Source: an uncultured Verrucomicrobiae bacterium (GTDB taxonomy: Bacteria; Verrucomicrobiota; Verrucomicrobiia; Opitutales; JABDGR01). Taken from it: 62,260 nt of DNA. This document shows, piece by piece, positions 48,021 through 60,017 of this stretch. The notes under the pieces were generated by a model. That model had not been told where the DNA came from, ran no database searches, and saw nothing but the letters and a program-made list of their open reading frames with translations. The stretch spans positions 1-62,260 of the forward strand of contig CAVXVB010000012.1 in the NCBI GenBank assembly GCA_963765205.1, in the 5' to 3' direction. The position numbers and the translations under genes are program-made. Each line of letters opens with the position of its first letter. Within the stretch, counting starts at the first letter, position 1.

Positions 48021-50036
48021 TCAGCACACGGCGGTGGCGTTGGCCGGGGCGTTTTCAACGCGCATCGGGACGATGGCGCAGGGCAGGCCGTAGAGGAAGA
48101 GCCGGCGTTGGAGGGCAAAGGCCGTATAATTGTGCAGCAGGCGCGTGATGAGGGTCTCTTTCTCGAAGACCAACTGGCCGCTGAAGAACACCGCGTTGGG
48201 ATATTTTTCCGTCAGGCTGGGCAGGATTTTTTCGACCTCATCGAGCACGTCGTGGCCCAGGGAGGTGAAGGTCTTGGCATGGCCGCCGCGCGCGGTGATG
48301 AAGTCCACGTAGCGCTGGCCTTCGGCGGTCAGGTGGGCGCGCAGGCGTTCGATTTCGTCCACCCCTTTGAAGTTGCCGGCGTCCACCACGCCGATGGAGA
48401 CGAAAATAATCTGCTTGAAGCCGCCGCCGAACAAGCGCGCCGCGCCAAAGAGGGTGTGCAGGCCCAGGCCGTTGAAGCCATTGACGAGGAAGACGGCCGT
48501 GCGATTGGACGTGGGCGCAAAATCTTTCGAGCCGGGCGGGGGTGGGATGAGCGCAGCCTCGAGGATGAAGTCCATGCGCTTGAGCTGGCGGCGCACTTCG
48601 TCGTAGTGTCGGCGCACGCCGAAGGCCACGCCGACGAGCGCGCCGGTCATCAGGATCGTCACCCAGCCGCCTTGCGTGAATTTCTGGACGACCATGGTCA
48701 CCAGAATCGAACTGGTGAGGAGCAGGCCGACGGCGTTGATGAGCAGGCGGTGCCGCCAGCCGGTTTCCGTTTTGCGCACCTGCCACCAATGGCGCACCAT
48801 GCCGAGCTGCGAGAGGCTGAAGGTGATGAAGACATTGATACTATAAAGCAGCACCAGCAGATCCACCGACCCGCGGGTGAACAGCAAAAACACAAATGCC
48901 AGGCCGCCCATGATGACCACGCCGTTGATGGTGACGTAGCGGTCGCTCAGCGCGGCAAAGCGATTCGGCATCCAGCGGTCCAGCGCCATGCTGGCCAGCA
49001 CGCGCGGGCCGTCAATAAAGCCGGCTTGCGCGGCGATGAAGAGCAGCGCCGCCGAGCTGATGAGCGCGATCCGCACAAAGCCGTAGCCCAGCGCATGGGG
49101 CCAGGTGGCGGTCAGGTTTTCAAAGAGGACCGCGTTGAGGGTCTTGACGCCGCCCGCCGTTTGAGTGACGTCCACATGGACCAGCAAATACGCCACGAGC
49201 AGCCCCGCGACCATCCCGCCCAGCGAGAGGGCCATGAGCGTCATCGTGCGTCGGGCGGTGCGCACGCGCGGTTCGCGCAGGATGGACAGGCCGTTGCTGA
49301 CGGCCTCGATGCCCGTATAAGTGCCCGCGCCCATGCTGTAGGCGCGCAACAGGAGGGCCAGAATGGCGAAAAGTCCAATGCTGGCCGAAGCAGTATGGAC
49401 GGTTGCGGCCGTGCTGGCGGGCAGCGCGGTCAGCGCGCCGGCGTGGGTGGCGAACGCATAGAGCACCGCGAAAGTATGGGTAAGCAGGAAAACCAAAAAG
49501 ACTGGCAGCATGACCATCACCGACTCACGCACGCCGCGCAGGTTGAGCACGGTCATAAAGATGACGCCGCCGACCTCGATCAGGAGTTTCCAATGGATCC
49601 AAGAGTCCGGCAGTTCGCTGAAGAGGGCGTCATCGGCCGCCGCCACCGAAGTCGTGATGGTCAGCACATAGTCAATCAGCAACGCCGAGCCGGAAACGAC
49701 GCCGAGGGTTGGGCTGAGCAGGTGGCTGGCCACCACGTAGCCGCCGCCGCCGGTGGGAAATAGCGCAATGATCTGTGAATAACTGACGCACAGCAGCACC
49801 ACGGTGGTGATGGACATGAGCGCAATAAACACCGCCAGCGGGGCGTATTGGCCGAGGGCCTTGTAGGCCTCTTCCGGGCCGTAGCAGGAGGAGGACAAAC
49901 CGTCGGCCCCCAGCCCGACCCAAGCCAGCAGGGTGACGAGGGAGAGTTTGTGGAAAAGCCCGCTCTCGGTCAGTTGGCGTTCTTTGCCAATGACGGCTTC
50001 TTTGACGAACTTCGTCAGGGAATTGCGCTGAGTCAT
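48021..50036 (-). CDS. APC-superfamily transporter, KimA/YdaO-like K+ importer
   Basis: DGLSSSCYGPEE, SYSQII..FP.GGGGY, LIDYVLT, NLRGVRES, TGIEAVSNG, FSLSQ.GM, C-terminal cytoplasmic domain. Start placed at ATG 50036. Confidence 0.85.
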   Translation of the reverse strand: MTQRNSLTKFVKEAVIGKERQLTESGLFHKLSLVTLLAWVGLGADGLSSSCYGPEEAYKALGQYAPLAVFIALMSITTVVLLCVSYSQIIALFPTGGGGYVVASHLLSPTLGVVSGSALLIDYVLTITTSVAAADDALFSELPDSWIHWKLLIEVGGVIFMTVLNLRGVRESVMVMLPVFLVFLLTHTFAVLYAFATHAGALTALPASTAATVHTASASIGLFAILALLLRAYSMGAGTYTGIEAVSNGLSILREPRVRTARRTMTLMALSLGGMVAGLLVAYLLVHVDVTQTAGGVKTLNAVLFENLTATWPHALGYGFVRIALISSAALLFIAAQAGFIDGPRVLASMALDRWMPNRFAALSDRYVTINGVVIMGGLAFVFLLFTRGSVDLLVLLYSINVFITFSLSQLGMVRHWWQVRKTETGWRHRLLINAVGLLLTSSILVTMVVQKFTQGGWVTILMTGALVGVAFGVRRHYDEVRRQLKRMDFILEAALIPPPPGSKDFAPTSNRTAVFLVNGFNGLGLHTLFGAARLFGGGFKQIIFVSIGVVDAGNFKGVDEIERLRAHLTAEGQRYVDFITARGGHAKTFTSLGHDVLDEVEKILPSLTEKYPNAVFFSGQLVFEKETLITRLLHNYTAFALQRRLFLYGLPCAIVPMRVENAPANATAVC

Positions 50037-50129
50037 AAGTAGTTGCCCGACAAGGAGACCGCCACCTGACAGTGCGGTGGCAGCCATTGGTCGGGCAACC
50101 GTGGTGGCGCGGATGCGCTCCCCCAATCA

Positions 50130-50290
50130 CCCTTCCCACCGCCGGCGAGGTTAGCTGACGGGCTGGGTCTGAGAAGTGACCTGGGCCGCGGTTCTCCGCG
50201 ACCCTGCGCCCCGGCCGCGGCGCTTGCGCGCAACGGCGAAATGGTTCCCCCGCGCCATCCGGCGAAAACGCCAGATGGCTTAGGCTGCGT
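50130..50290 (-). ncRNA. c-di-AMP riboswitch (ydaO/yuaA leader)
   Basis: Minus strand reads CGGGGGAACC...GGGGCG...CCCGTCAGCTAACCTCGCCGGC...GGGAAGGG, in the consensus order and directly upstream of a ydaO-like gene. Confidence 0.82.
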
Positions 50291-50470
50291 TTCTGTCGGG
50301 TGGATTTGTAGCAGGGGCCGGGCCAGTTTGTCAAACGGAACTGCGTGGGGCCATGTAAGCCGATGAGGCGTCGGCGACTGCGGCGCTTACGGCTGGCGAA
50401 TTCAATTTTTCAGGGTTGCGATGACTTGGCGTTAGCTGCGAAAATTGAAGCCCAGCCCCACTGTCCCACG

Positions 50471-51307
50471 ATGCACTCACTCCCCCGCCACCCATTTTTA
50501 CTCGCCCTGTTCGCCGCCTTTGTGGCGCAACCGTCGCTCGTCCACGCCGCGCCGCTCTCTGCGGCGACCGAAGTTTGGACGCCGGTGCCGCCCGTCGTCA
50601 GCGCGCCTGCGAATGGCGTCCCGTCGGATGCCATTGTGTTGTTCGACGGCACCAACCTCGATGCCTGGGAGCCAGCCCGGCCCGACGGCCACCCGTGGAA
50701 AATTGAGGACGGCGTGATGGTCGTCGTCCCGACCTTGAAAGGTCCGACCTGCGACCAGCGCACCAAGCGGGTGTTTGGCGACGTGCAGCTTCACCTCGAG
50801 TTCCGCGAACCGGCGGAGGTCAAGGGCGACGGACAGGACCGCGGCAACAGTGGGGTGTTTTTCATGAGCCTCTACGAGTTGCAAATTCTCGACTCGGTGA
50901 ACAACCCCACCTACGTCAACGGCCAGAATGCCGCCGTTTACAAGGAGCACGCGCCGCTGGTCAACGCCTCGCGCCCGCCGGGCGAATGGCAAACCTACGA
51001 TGTCGTGTTCATCGCGCCCCGCTTTGCGCCGGATGGCAAGCTGCTCAGCCCCGCGCGGATGACGGTGTTCCACGATGGCGTGCTGGTGCAGTATGATGTC
51101 GCGCTCACCGGCCCCACGCCGAACGGCCCGACTTTCAACCGGGCCACGCTCCCGGCCTACCAGGCGCACGCGGACAAGTTGCCACTGCTCCTACAGGACC
51201 ACCGCAGCCCGGTCGCCTTCCGCAACATCTGGGTCCGCGAATTGACGCTGCCCGCGCCCACGCCCGCCGCCACGCCTGCCGTCACGCCTGCCGCCGCCAC
51301 GCCGTGA
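50471..51307 (+). CDS. DUF1080 / 3-keto-disaccharide hydrolase family secreted protein
   Basis: PSDAIVLFDG, FGDVQLHLEF, GNSGVF, YELQILDS, GEWQTYD, LQDH..PV.FRNIW. Confidence 0.9.
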   Translation: MHSLPRHPFLLALFAAFVAQPSLVHAAPLSAATEVWTPVPPVVSAPANGVPSDAIVLFDGTNLDAWEPARPDGHPWKIEDGVMVVVPTLKGPTCDQRTKRVFGDVQLHLEFREPAEVKGDGQDRGNSGVFFMSLYELQILDSVNNPTYVNGQNAAVYKEHAPLVNASRPPGEWQTYDVVFIAPRFAPDGKLLSPARMTVFHDGVLVQYDVALTGPTPNGPTFNRATLPAYQAHADKLPLLLQDHRSPVAFRNIWVRELTLPAPTPAATPAVTPAAATP

Positions 51308-51334
51308 TTGCTGCGGAAGTGCGGAAATCTTCCT

Positions 51335-51388
51335 AATCTCAAATCTCAAATTTCGAAGCTGAAATCCCACCGCTGAAATTTGAAATTT
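51335..51388. repeat. Inverted heptamer repeats
   Basis: AATCTCA AATCTCA AATTTCG ... TGAAATT TGAAATT. Confidence 0.5.
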
Positions 51389-51516
51389 ATTCCCTCTCTC
51401 TGCGCCTTGGCGATTCCGCGCGAGTTACTGATCGGCAATCGCTATTTGGAGATTGCCCTTCCCGCGGCGCGGCCCATCTTCATGAAAATCAATTCCCCAC
51501 CGATCAGCAATTCAGC

Positions 51517-51924
51517 ATGACCGAAATCCCCATAAAAAAGCGTGATCCACGGCGCACTTGCCTCGGCTGTTTGATGTTACTGGCCCTCGGCGGCATGATT
51601 TTCATTACGGCGGCCGGTGGAGTTGACAGCCACTATTCCGATGGCTCGCGCGTCGGCATTGTCACCAAGCTGAGCGAAAAGGGCGTGTTCTGGAAGAGCT
51701 GGGAAGGGGAAATGCTGATGGCGCTGCCGGCTTCGCAGGCGGGCACAACCGAGCCGGAAAAATTTGAATTCAACGTCGCACCCGAAGCGGTTGAAAAAGT
51801 ACAGGCCGCCTTGGTCAGCGGCAAGCGGGTGGAACTGGTTTACCGGCAATGGCTGGTGGCTCCCGTTTCTATTGATAATGACCATGTCATCATTGATGTA
51901 AAACCCACCATTCCGGTAAACTGA
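51517..51924 (+). CDS. Hypothetical membrane-anchored protein
   Basis: N-terminal TM, YSDG.R.G...K.S.KG...KSWEGE motif. Confidence 0.75.
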   Translation: MTEIPIKKRDPRRTCLGCLMLLALGGMIFITAAGGVDSHYSDGSRVGIVTKLSEKGVFWKSWEGEMLMALPASQAGTTEPEKFEFNVAPEAVEKVQAALVSGKRVELVYRQWLVAPVSIDNDHVIIDVKPTIPVN

Positions 51925-52111
51925 CCGCCTTATTGCTGGCAGGCGTGGCGTGGCATTATCATGGTCTTGATCAGGCGCTGCCCGGTCTTGCCGACTTTGA
52001 TCATATCGGTGACATCAACGAAATGATCCATCCCCCGCTGGCCGCAACAGAAACTATATCCCACCACCTTTATCCTCGTGTCCGGGCGGCAAAATTCTAT
52101 CTTTTACTTGC

Positions 52112-52921
52112 ATGGCAGACCCGAACAACGCCGGCCCGCCGCCGCCGCCCGCCGTGGCCGGTTCCCGCCGGGCTTCCGGGGGTGGATTTTTCCGGAATTT
52201 GGCGTGGCCGCTGGCCGTCATGGTCGTGGCCGCGTGCGGGGTGATGGTCGTCGCGCTGCAACAATGCAGCCCCGGTGCGCAGGCGCAAAAATTCACCGCC
52301 GCGGGCGGCAACGTCGTCAAACAGATGGAGCGGTTGGTGGACGCCATCGCCGAAAACAAGGTGACGGAGACGTTTGTGGACGCGGAAGAGTCGCAGCACC
52401 CGGACTTGAACAATCCACTGATCGTGGCGACTGACCAGCGCACCGAGCAGTTCGACGACGAGGAGTCCTCACTGCTCGGCGGCACGGCCTCCGCCGAAAT
52501 TCGCACGCATGTGACCTACTATTATTACGTGGCGCTGACCGACCCGTGGCAGGTCAACGTGCAGGTGACGCCCGCCGGCGTCGTCGGCGAGGTGCTCGCG
52601 CCCGCGCTGCACCCGCTCGACCCCGTGCTCGACACGACGAGCCTGGAAATGAAAAGCTCGAACGGCTGGGCCAATTGGAACGGCCAGAAGCTTCAGGACG
52701 GTTTGCTCAAGGACCTGACCGTGAAGCTGAAGGTCAAAGCCCAGGAAAATCTGCCGAACGTCTTCGCCTCGAGCCATGAAGGCGTGGAGAAATTCGTGCG
52801 TGACTGGATTCTCAAGCAATACGCGCTGCCCCCCGGCACACCGGTTTACCTGCATGTGTCTTTCCGCAATGAACCCGGCGCGCCGGCGCCGCTCGTCCCG
52901 GTGGCAACGCCGAAAGGGTAG
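52112..52921 (+). CDS. Hypothetical membrane-anchored protein (DUF4230-like)
   Basis: Single TM followed by a soluble domain with V.Y.Y.V.L and P...P pattern; host-like codon usage. Confidence 0.65.
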   Translation: MADPNNAGPPPPPAVAGSRRASGGGFFRNLAWPLAVMVVAACGVMVVALQQCSPGAQAQKFTAAGGNVVKQMERLVDAIAENKVTETFVDAEESQHPDLNNPLIVATDQRTEQFDDEESSLLGGTASAEIRTHVTYYYYVALTDPWQVNVQVTPAGVVGEVLAPALHPLDPVLDTTSLEMKSSNGWANWNGQKLQDGLLKDLTVKLKVKAQENLPNVFASSHEGVEKFVRDWILKQYALPPGTPVYLHVSFRNEPGAPAPLVPVATPKG

Positions 52922-52924
52922 CAG

Positions 52925-52966
52925 TCAACATCGAACATCGAACTTCCAACGCTCAACATCCAATGA
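52925..52966 (+). repeat. Heptamer tandem repeat (about 6 units)
   Basis: TCAACAT CGAACAT CGAACTT CCAACGC TCAACAT CCAATGA. Confidence 0.7.
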
Positions 52967-52987
52967 AGGCAGCGTGCGGAGGAATTG

Positions 52988-53060
52988 ACCACGGAGGGCA
53001 CGGATAGCCACGGATGTAGAACGGGCCACAAACATCCGTGTTATCCGTGCCATCCGTGGT
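52988..53060. repeat. Intergenic palindrome built of 9-bp CACGGA units
   Basis: ACCACGGAGGGCACGGATAGCCACGGATG ... CATCCGTGTTATCCGTGCCATCCGTGGT. Confidence 0.8.
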
Positions 53061-53131
53061 AAAAAATGGTTCCGGTGGGGCGGGCACATTTGCAACTTGT
53101 TTTCCGACAACGGGAGATTAAACTACTCACC

Positions 53132-53338
53132 ATGCTGGCCATTCGACTTGATAAGAAAACCGAGGGGCGTCTGACGCGCTTGTCGCGCCGGTCGGGCCGC
53201 ACGTCGGCCGCCCTTGTCCGGGAGGCGATTCTCGAGCACCTGGATGATTTGGAAGATGCCCGCCTGGCCCTCGCGCGGCTCGCCCGCCCCGCGCGGATTT
53301 ATTCAGCCGCCGAGGTGAAACGTGCTTTGGAGCTATAG
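53132..53338 (+). CDS. Type II TA antitoxin (RelB/CopG ribbon-helix-helix)
   Basis: MLAIRL...E.RL..L...GRT....REAI...LDDLED; overlaps the toxin gene. Confidence 0.88.
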   Translation: MLAIRLDKKTEGRLTRLSRRSGRTSAALVREAILEHLDDLEDARLALARLARPARIYSAAEVKRALEL

Positions 53339-53588
53339 TTTTGACGAACGCGCCTTGCGTGAACTGCAAAAGTTGGACCAGCAGGCCCAGCGCGACATTG
53401 TCGCCTATCTTGACCAGCGCATCGCGGGGCCGGATAACCCGCGGCGCTTTGGCAAGCCGTTGCGCGCCGGACTGGCCGGCCTCTGGCGTTACCGGGTGCG
53501 TGACTACCGCCTCATCTGCCAAATCAAGGATCAAGTGCTGCTGGTTTTGGTGGTGTCGGTAGGACACCGCAAAAACGTTTACGATTAG
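53322..53588 (+). CDS. Type II TA toxin, RelE/StbE family
   Basis: A.RELQKLD, NPR.FGKPL, LWRYRV.DYRLIC, VGHRK.VY. Confidence 0.92.
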   Translation: MLWSYSFDERALRELQKLDQQAQRDIVAYLDQRIAGPDNPRRFGKPLRAGLAGLWRYRVRDYRLICQIKDQVLLVLVVSVGHRKNVYD

Positions 53589-53645
53589 GCGCTCCCCGAA
53601 ATCAGGTAGTCGGAGGCCGTCTCGGGCGACACCCCCACAAAATCA

Positions 53646-53680
53646 AACGCCCAATCCCGCGTTTGGCAGAATTGGGCGTT
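53646..53680 (-). terminator. Probable terminator between convergent TA pair and rpsA
   Basis: AACGCCCAAT / ATTGGGCGTT arms with a T-rich tail on the minus strand. Confidence 0.5.
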
Positions 53681-53753
53681 GAATGTTGTCCCTCGCGGTG
53701 CTCGGGATCACACCCGGCGCTTTGCGCCTGGGTGAAGCGTTCGAGGTTGGATG

Positions 53754-55412
<1,659 letters not shown>

Positions 55413-55687
55413 AATGAATGCTAACCTGTTCCTGCGCGCAACCGCGACGGCCGCACTGAGGGGTTGGAGGTTATTTGATGGTTGAGGAAGGATGCCCCGC
55501 GCCGCTGGCAAACCGGCGGAAAAGAAGCCCAGAGTGGGCCTCCCGCAAGACAAGGAAGTTCAATCCTGCCCGAACCCCCGCCCCCGCGCAAGGGGAAAAT
55601 GGGGGTGCAGATTTGATTACCACGGCATGGCTAAAAGTGTGCCTACCCATTCGATGCTCGCGTTCTCGTAGTATCCTAAATTGAAGG

Positions 55688-56455
55688 TCAGGTTTTTACG
55701 ACTGGATTTTCGCCGATCTCCTGACTGGATAACTTCGTCAGCTTGTCCCATTGAATCAGGTTGTTTTTATCGCAAAACTGTTCCCTGAATGAGTTCGTAA
55801 AACTGTCCAACACCAACTCATATTGGGCGTTGAACGCGTCGTTGCGCTCTTTGGCTTGATGCCCAATCGGCTCAATAATCTTGATGTAAAATTCGGAGTC
55901 GCCAGAGATGAACTCCCAAAATCTCTGCCCGCAAAGCTTGGTATATTGGCCCTTTTGCTCGTTTTGGCGCTTCTGTTTCCCATAGCAGCAGCCATTGATG
56001 AACTCGACCGGCAAAGCATCCCGGCCCTGGTTATAAACTTTCCGCGCCGCCTGAAAAGCCAAACACATATTTTCGATTTGACTGCTATTGCCCCAGGCCG
56101 GCCCGGACTTGATCGCCACGAAATATCGTCGTCCGTCTTTGTCGAGTTCAAGATCTATGCCTGTTGCACTCGATTTGCCGTGGGCGCCATAAGCCTTGCT
56201 GGCAGTGAATATCGCCAAACCCTCAAGGAATCCGCCAAGGATTGTTTCCTCTTGGGATGAAAGAAAAGCATCTAAAACCGCCTTTACTAGATCACGCGGC
56301 GTGGCGAGTCCCTTGGCCTTAAGCAAATAAGGATTCTTGCGTGACAAGAGCCTTATCAAGGACTGCTTTTTTAGACTTTCTATCTTCGACTCGTGAAAAG
56401 ATGGGATGTGCTTCTCCACGTATCGCGTTATTTCTTTTTGGCTTACCGTTGGCAC
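55688..56455 (-). CDS. Type II restriction endonuclease (PmeII-like, PD-(D/E)xK)
   Basis: RKNPYL, SS.ET..G.F.E, GIDLE, IKSGP.WGNS.Q, G.CYG, GQ.FWEFISGD; adjacent to a DNA methyltransferase. Confidence 0.8.
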   Translation of the reverse strand: MPTVSQKEITRYVEKHIPSFHESKIESLKKQSLIRLLSRKNPYLLKAKGLATPRDLVKAVLDAFLSSQEETILGGFLEGLAIFTASKAYGAHGKSSATGIDLELDKDGRRYFVAIKSGPAWGNSSQIENMCLAFQAARKVYNQGRDALPVEFINGCCYGKQKRQNEQKGQYTKLCGQRFWEFISGDSEFYIKIIEPIGHQAKERNDAFNAQYELVLDSFTNSFREQFCDKNNLIQWDKLTKLSSQEIGENPVVKT

Positions 56456-57263
56456 TGGGGAAAATAAGGGTTTGTTTGGCTAAATTGACGTACTCGCTCA
56501 CGGTGTCAATTCCAACCGAGTTGCGCCCAAGGTCACGGGCGACATGATTTGTGGTCCCCGATCCGGCAAAGGGGTCAAGCACCCAGTCGCCGGGCTCTGT
56601 AAATAACTTAATGAACCATTCCGGCAACGCCCTTGGGAAGGTGGCTGAGTGGTGCTTATTCGAGCACTCCGTGGCAAAATGAAGAACGTTGGATGGATAG
56701 GCCTTCTCGCGGCCAATCCAATTGGAGATGTTTTTTCCAAATCCGCTCGAAACTTGCGAATCAAACCGCAATATGTCATTTTTACCAAGGTGTTTCAGGC
56801 GGGTTTTGGCCCAATCGCCCATCGGTACCATGACTTCCTTCTGACGCATTTTGAAATGTCTTGATTTGTTGAACTGCAAACAACGCTCCCATGAGTCCCG
56901 AAAGCGATTGGGCCACTTGCCAGGATGGCAGTTTCGCTTATGCCAGATGTATTCCTCGGTCCAGAGCCATCCTTGTTTTCTCAAGGCAATGATAAGTTCG
57001 AGCACATAAATATGCCGCTCGCCCTTCTCCACCTTCTCCTTGATGTTGAGGATGAAGGTCCCCGTGGGCTTTAGCACCCGGAGAAATTGCTCACTACGCG
57101 CAAGAAACCACGGCACATAGTCATCCGGTTTGATGCCTCCATAAGTCTTGTTGCGTTGGTCGGCATAGGGCGGCGACGTGACAATGAGATCAAACTTGTT
57201 GCTCTCGATCGGGCGCAACGCGTCGAGGCAATCGCCGTGGATAATGTCTGTCGTCACTAACAT
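56319..57263 (-). CDS. Beta-class amino DNA methyltransferase (probably m4C)
   Basis: TSPPY (motif IV) near the N-terminus, H.A.FP..L, VLDPFAGSGTT (motif I) near the C-terminus. Confidence 0.93.
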   Translation of the reverse strand: MLVTTDIIHGDCLDALRPIESNKFDLIVTSPPYADQRNKTYGGIKPDDYVPWFLARSEQFLRVLKPTGTFILNIKEKVEKGERHIYVLELIIALRKQGWLWTEEYIWHKRNCHPGKWPNRFRDSWERCLQFNKSRHFKMRQKEVMVPMGDWAKTRLKHLGKNDILRFDSQVSSGFGKNISNWIGREKAYPSNVLHFATECSNKHHSATFPRALPEWFIKLFTEPGDWVLDPFAGSGTTNHVARDLGRNSVGIDTVSEYVNLAKQTLIFPSANGKPKRNNAIRGEAHPIFSRVEDRKSKKAVLDKALVTQESLFA

Positions 57264-57430
57264 TTCTGACAGGCTTAAAGCGGCATCCGAAATGGGGCAA
57301 CCTCAAAAGGAACGGAATGTGCAACCGGGTTGTTTGCGGAAGGTAGCTCGCTCAACGCCTGCCCCCCTTTTCCCCTCGCCATTGGCGCAGGATTTGCTAA
57401 ACCGGAGGGCCGCTCCCAAGCATTAACAAG

Positions 57431-58771
57431 ATGCCCCGCTCTTCCACCAAACGTGGCTTGCCGGCCCCAGTCCTGGCCAAATCCTCAGCGAAGGCCGTTG
57501 AACCGCCCGCGCCCGTCGCGCCACCCGCCCCCGCGGTTCGCCTGGTGACAACGGTTTCACCTCCGCCGGTCGCCCTGCCTCCGCCCCGCACCACGCCTCC
57601 TGTGCAAGACTTGGAAATCAAGGACGCCCCGCTGATTTTCCAGTCGGTCTGGTCGGAATTGGAGGCGGAATTTGGGCGCGAGCACATGCGCTTCCCAAAG
57701 GAGATTTTCTGGCTCAACGGCGCGCCGGGCGCGGGCAAGGGCACGCACACGCGCTTCATTTTGAAGCACCGCGGCTATGCGCACCAGCCCGTCATCGTCA
57801 GCGAATTGCTGCAAAGCCCCGCCGCGCGCCAGCGCATCAACGCCGGCCTGCTCGTCGGCGACCGCGAGGTGACGGCCCTCGTTCTGCGCGCCCTTCTCAA
57901 CCCGGAATACGACATCGGCACCGTGGTGGACGGCTACCCGCGCACCGGCGTGCAGGTCGAGTGCCTCAAGCTATTTTATCAAAAGCTCGTCGCCCTGCGC
58001 AACGAGTTCCGCGACACTGGCCTTGCGCAGGTCTTCCCCAAGCCGCGCTTCCACATCCTCGTGCTCTACATTGACGAGGCCGAGAGCGTGCGCCGCCAGG
58101 TGCTCCGCGGGCGTGAAGCCATCGCGCACAATGAACATGTGCGTGAAGCCGGCGAAGGCGAACTCTTTGAAGTGCGCCCCACCGACCTGACCGAGGAGGC
58201 CGCGCGCAACCGCTACCGCGTGTTCAAGGAGCGCACCTACGATTCCCTCCGCGCCCTGCGCGAGGTCTTCTATTACCATTTCATCAACGGCACCGGCACC
58301 ATTGAGGAGGTGCAGCAGCGCGTGCTCGGGGAACTCCAATACCAGAGCTCGCTCGAACTCGAGGAGGAGACCTACGATTTCATTTCCGGCATCCCCGTCG
58401 CCGCCGAAATCATCCAGCATGCCCGCCAGGACCTCGTCACGCGGCTCGATGATTACGCCCAGAAGCGGCCCGACCTGTTCAAGCGCGTGGCGGAGCTGGT
58501 GCGCGTCAAATTCATGCCCATCGTGCTGCGCCACGCCATTTCCGGCGAGGCTTGCATCAACACCGAGGATTCGGTGTTCGAGGACGCCGAGTCGCTGGGT
58601 ATGTTGATTGACATTTTTTCCGAGCGCGGCTTCCACGCCGTCGTGGACTTGCACCGGCTCGAAATTCCCGACAGCCTCGACCCGAAGACCTACAAAATCA
58701 AAACCCGCTGGAAAAAAGTCTTTCGCGTCCACATCCGCTTCGCCGGCTCGGAAATCCGCCGCGGCGACTAG
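57431..58771 (+). CDS. Adenylate kinase-like NMP kinase with N- and C-terminal extensions
   Basis: [10 protein letters not shown]-loop, [13 protein letters not shown]. Confidence 0.8.
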   Translation: MPRSSTKRGLPAPVLAKSSAKAVEPPAPVAPPAPAVRLVTTVSPPPVALPPPRTTPPVQDLEIKDAPLIFQSVWSELEAEFGREHMRFPKEIFWLNGAPGAGKGTHTRFILKHRGYAHQPVIVSELLQSPAARQRINAGLLVGDREVTALVLRALLNPEYDIGTVVDGYPRTGVQVECLKLFYQKLVALRNEFRDTGLAQVFPKPRFHILVLYIDEAESVRRQVLRGREAIAHNEHVREAGEGELFEVRPTDLTEEAARNRYRVFKERTYDSLRALREVFYYHFINGTGTIEEVQQRVLGELQYQSSLELEEETYDFISGIPVAAEIIQHARQDLVTRLDDYAQKRPDLFKRVAELVRVKFMPIVLRHAISGEACINTEDSVFEDAESLGMLIDIFSERGFHAVVDLHRLEIPDSLDPKTYKIKTRWKKVFRVHIRFAGSEIRRGD

Positions 58772-58795
58772 CACGAGCCACTTTCCCCTTTTTTC

Positions 58796-59911
58796 ATGGA
58801 CCTCCGCTTTGACCAACTGGCCGCCGTCCTGGCCGGCCACTCCACCGAACTGCGCGCGGGCGACCGCGTCCTCATCGAGGCGTTCGACGCCCCCGCCGCC
58901 ATGGTGGTCGCGCTCGTCCGCGCCGCCCGCGCGAAGGGCGCGATGCCGTTTGTGCAATTGCACGCCGCGCGCGTCACGCGCGAGCTGCTGCGCGAGGCCG
59001 CGCCCGCGCAATTCGACACGCTGGGCGCCATTGAGCTGCACCGCATCAAGCGCATGGACGCCTACATCGCCGTGCGCGGGGGCAACAACATGTTCGAGCG
59101 CTCGGACGTGCCGGCGGCCAACCTCAAGATGGCGATGGCCAAGCTGCGCCCCGCGCTCAACTGGCGCGTCAACAAAACGCGCTGGGTCGTCCTGCGCTGG
59201 CCCTCCGAGGGCATGGCCCAGCAGGCCGGCCAGAGCACCGAGGCGTTCGAGGACTTTTTCTTCCGTGTCTGCACGCTCGACTACGCGCGCATGAAGCCCG
59301 GCATGGCCGCGCTCAAGGCCCTCATGGAGCGCACCGACCGCGTTCACCTTGAAGGCCCCGGCGTGGATTTGCAGTTTTCCATCAAGGGCATTCCCGCGAT
59401 CCCCTGCGGCGGCGAACGCAACATCCCGGACGGCGAAGTTTTCACTGCGCCGGTGAAAAATTCCGTCGAGGGCGAAATCACCTACAACGCGCCGACGGCC
59501 TACCAGGATGTGCCCTTCGAACGCGTGAAGCTGGTGTTCAAGGGCGGCAAAATCGTTGAATGCAGCGCGGCGGCGAACAGCGAGCGCCTGCAAAAGATTT
59601 TCGACAGCGACGCGGGCGCGCGCTTCGTCGGCGAATTCGCCCTCGGCTTCAACCCGCACATCCGCGAGCCGATGCGCGACATTTTGTTCGACGAAAAAAT
59701 CGCCGGTTCCTTCCACTTCACCCCCGGCCAGGCCTACGAGGAGGCCGACAACGGCAACCGCTCGCAAGTGCATTGGGACTTGGTGAGCATCCAGCGCCCC
59801 GAATACGGCGGCGGCGTGGTGCGCTTCGACGGCCAGGTCATCCGCCGCGACGGCCTGTTCCTCCCCCCCGCTCTGCAAAAATTGAACCCGGATTATTTGC
59901 TGGGGAAGTAA
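58796..59911 (+). CDS. Aminopeptidase, M29 (AmpS/AmpT) family
   Basis: [35 protein letters not shown]. Confidence 0.92.
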   Translation: MDLRFDQLAAVLAGHSTELRAGDRVLIEAFDAPAAMVVALVRAARAKGAMPFVQLHAARVTRELLREAAPAQFDTLGAIELHRIKRMDAYIAVRGGNNMFERSDVPAANLKMAMAKLRPALNWRVNKTRWVVLRWPSEGMAQQAGQSTEAFEDFFFRVCTLDYARMKPGMAALKALMERTDRVHLEGPGVDLQFSIKGIPAIPCGGERNIPDGEVFTAPVKNSVEGEITYNAPTAYQDVPFERVKLVFKGGKIVECSAAANSERLQKIFDSDAGARFVGEFALGFNPHIREPMRDILFDEKIAGSFHFTPGQAYEEADNGNRSQVHWDLVSIQRPEYGGGVVRFDGQVIRRDGLFLPPALQKLNPDYLLGK

Positions 59912-59912
59912 A

Positions 59913-59987
59913 TTTAACCACGGAGAGCACGGAGGACAAAGGGGAAAGAAAAAACCCTCCGTGTCCTCCGTGCTTCCCGTGGTTAAA
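59913..59987. repeat. Second copy of the CACGGA-unit intergenic palindrome
   Basis: TTTAACCACGGAGAGCACGGAGGAC ... CTCCGTGTCCTCCGTGCTTCCCGTGGTTAAA. Confidence 0.75.
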
Positions 59988-60017
59988 AAGTATTAGCTGC
60001 TCCACTCCCCTTGCCCC

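Noticed and set aside
50037..50126. 30-codon N-terminal extension of the APC transporter in the ORF track
   Set aside because: It lies in the riboswitch leader and hairpin; ATG 50036 is the more plausible start.
52925..53060. CRISPR array
   Set aside because: Units are 7-9 bp with no unique spacers, and there are no cas genes.
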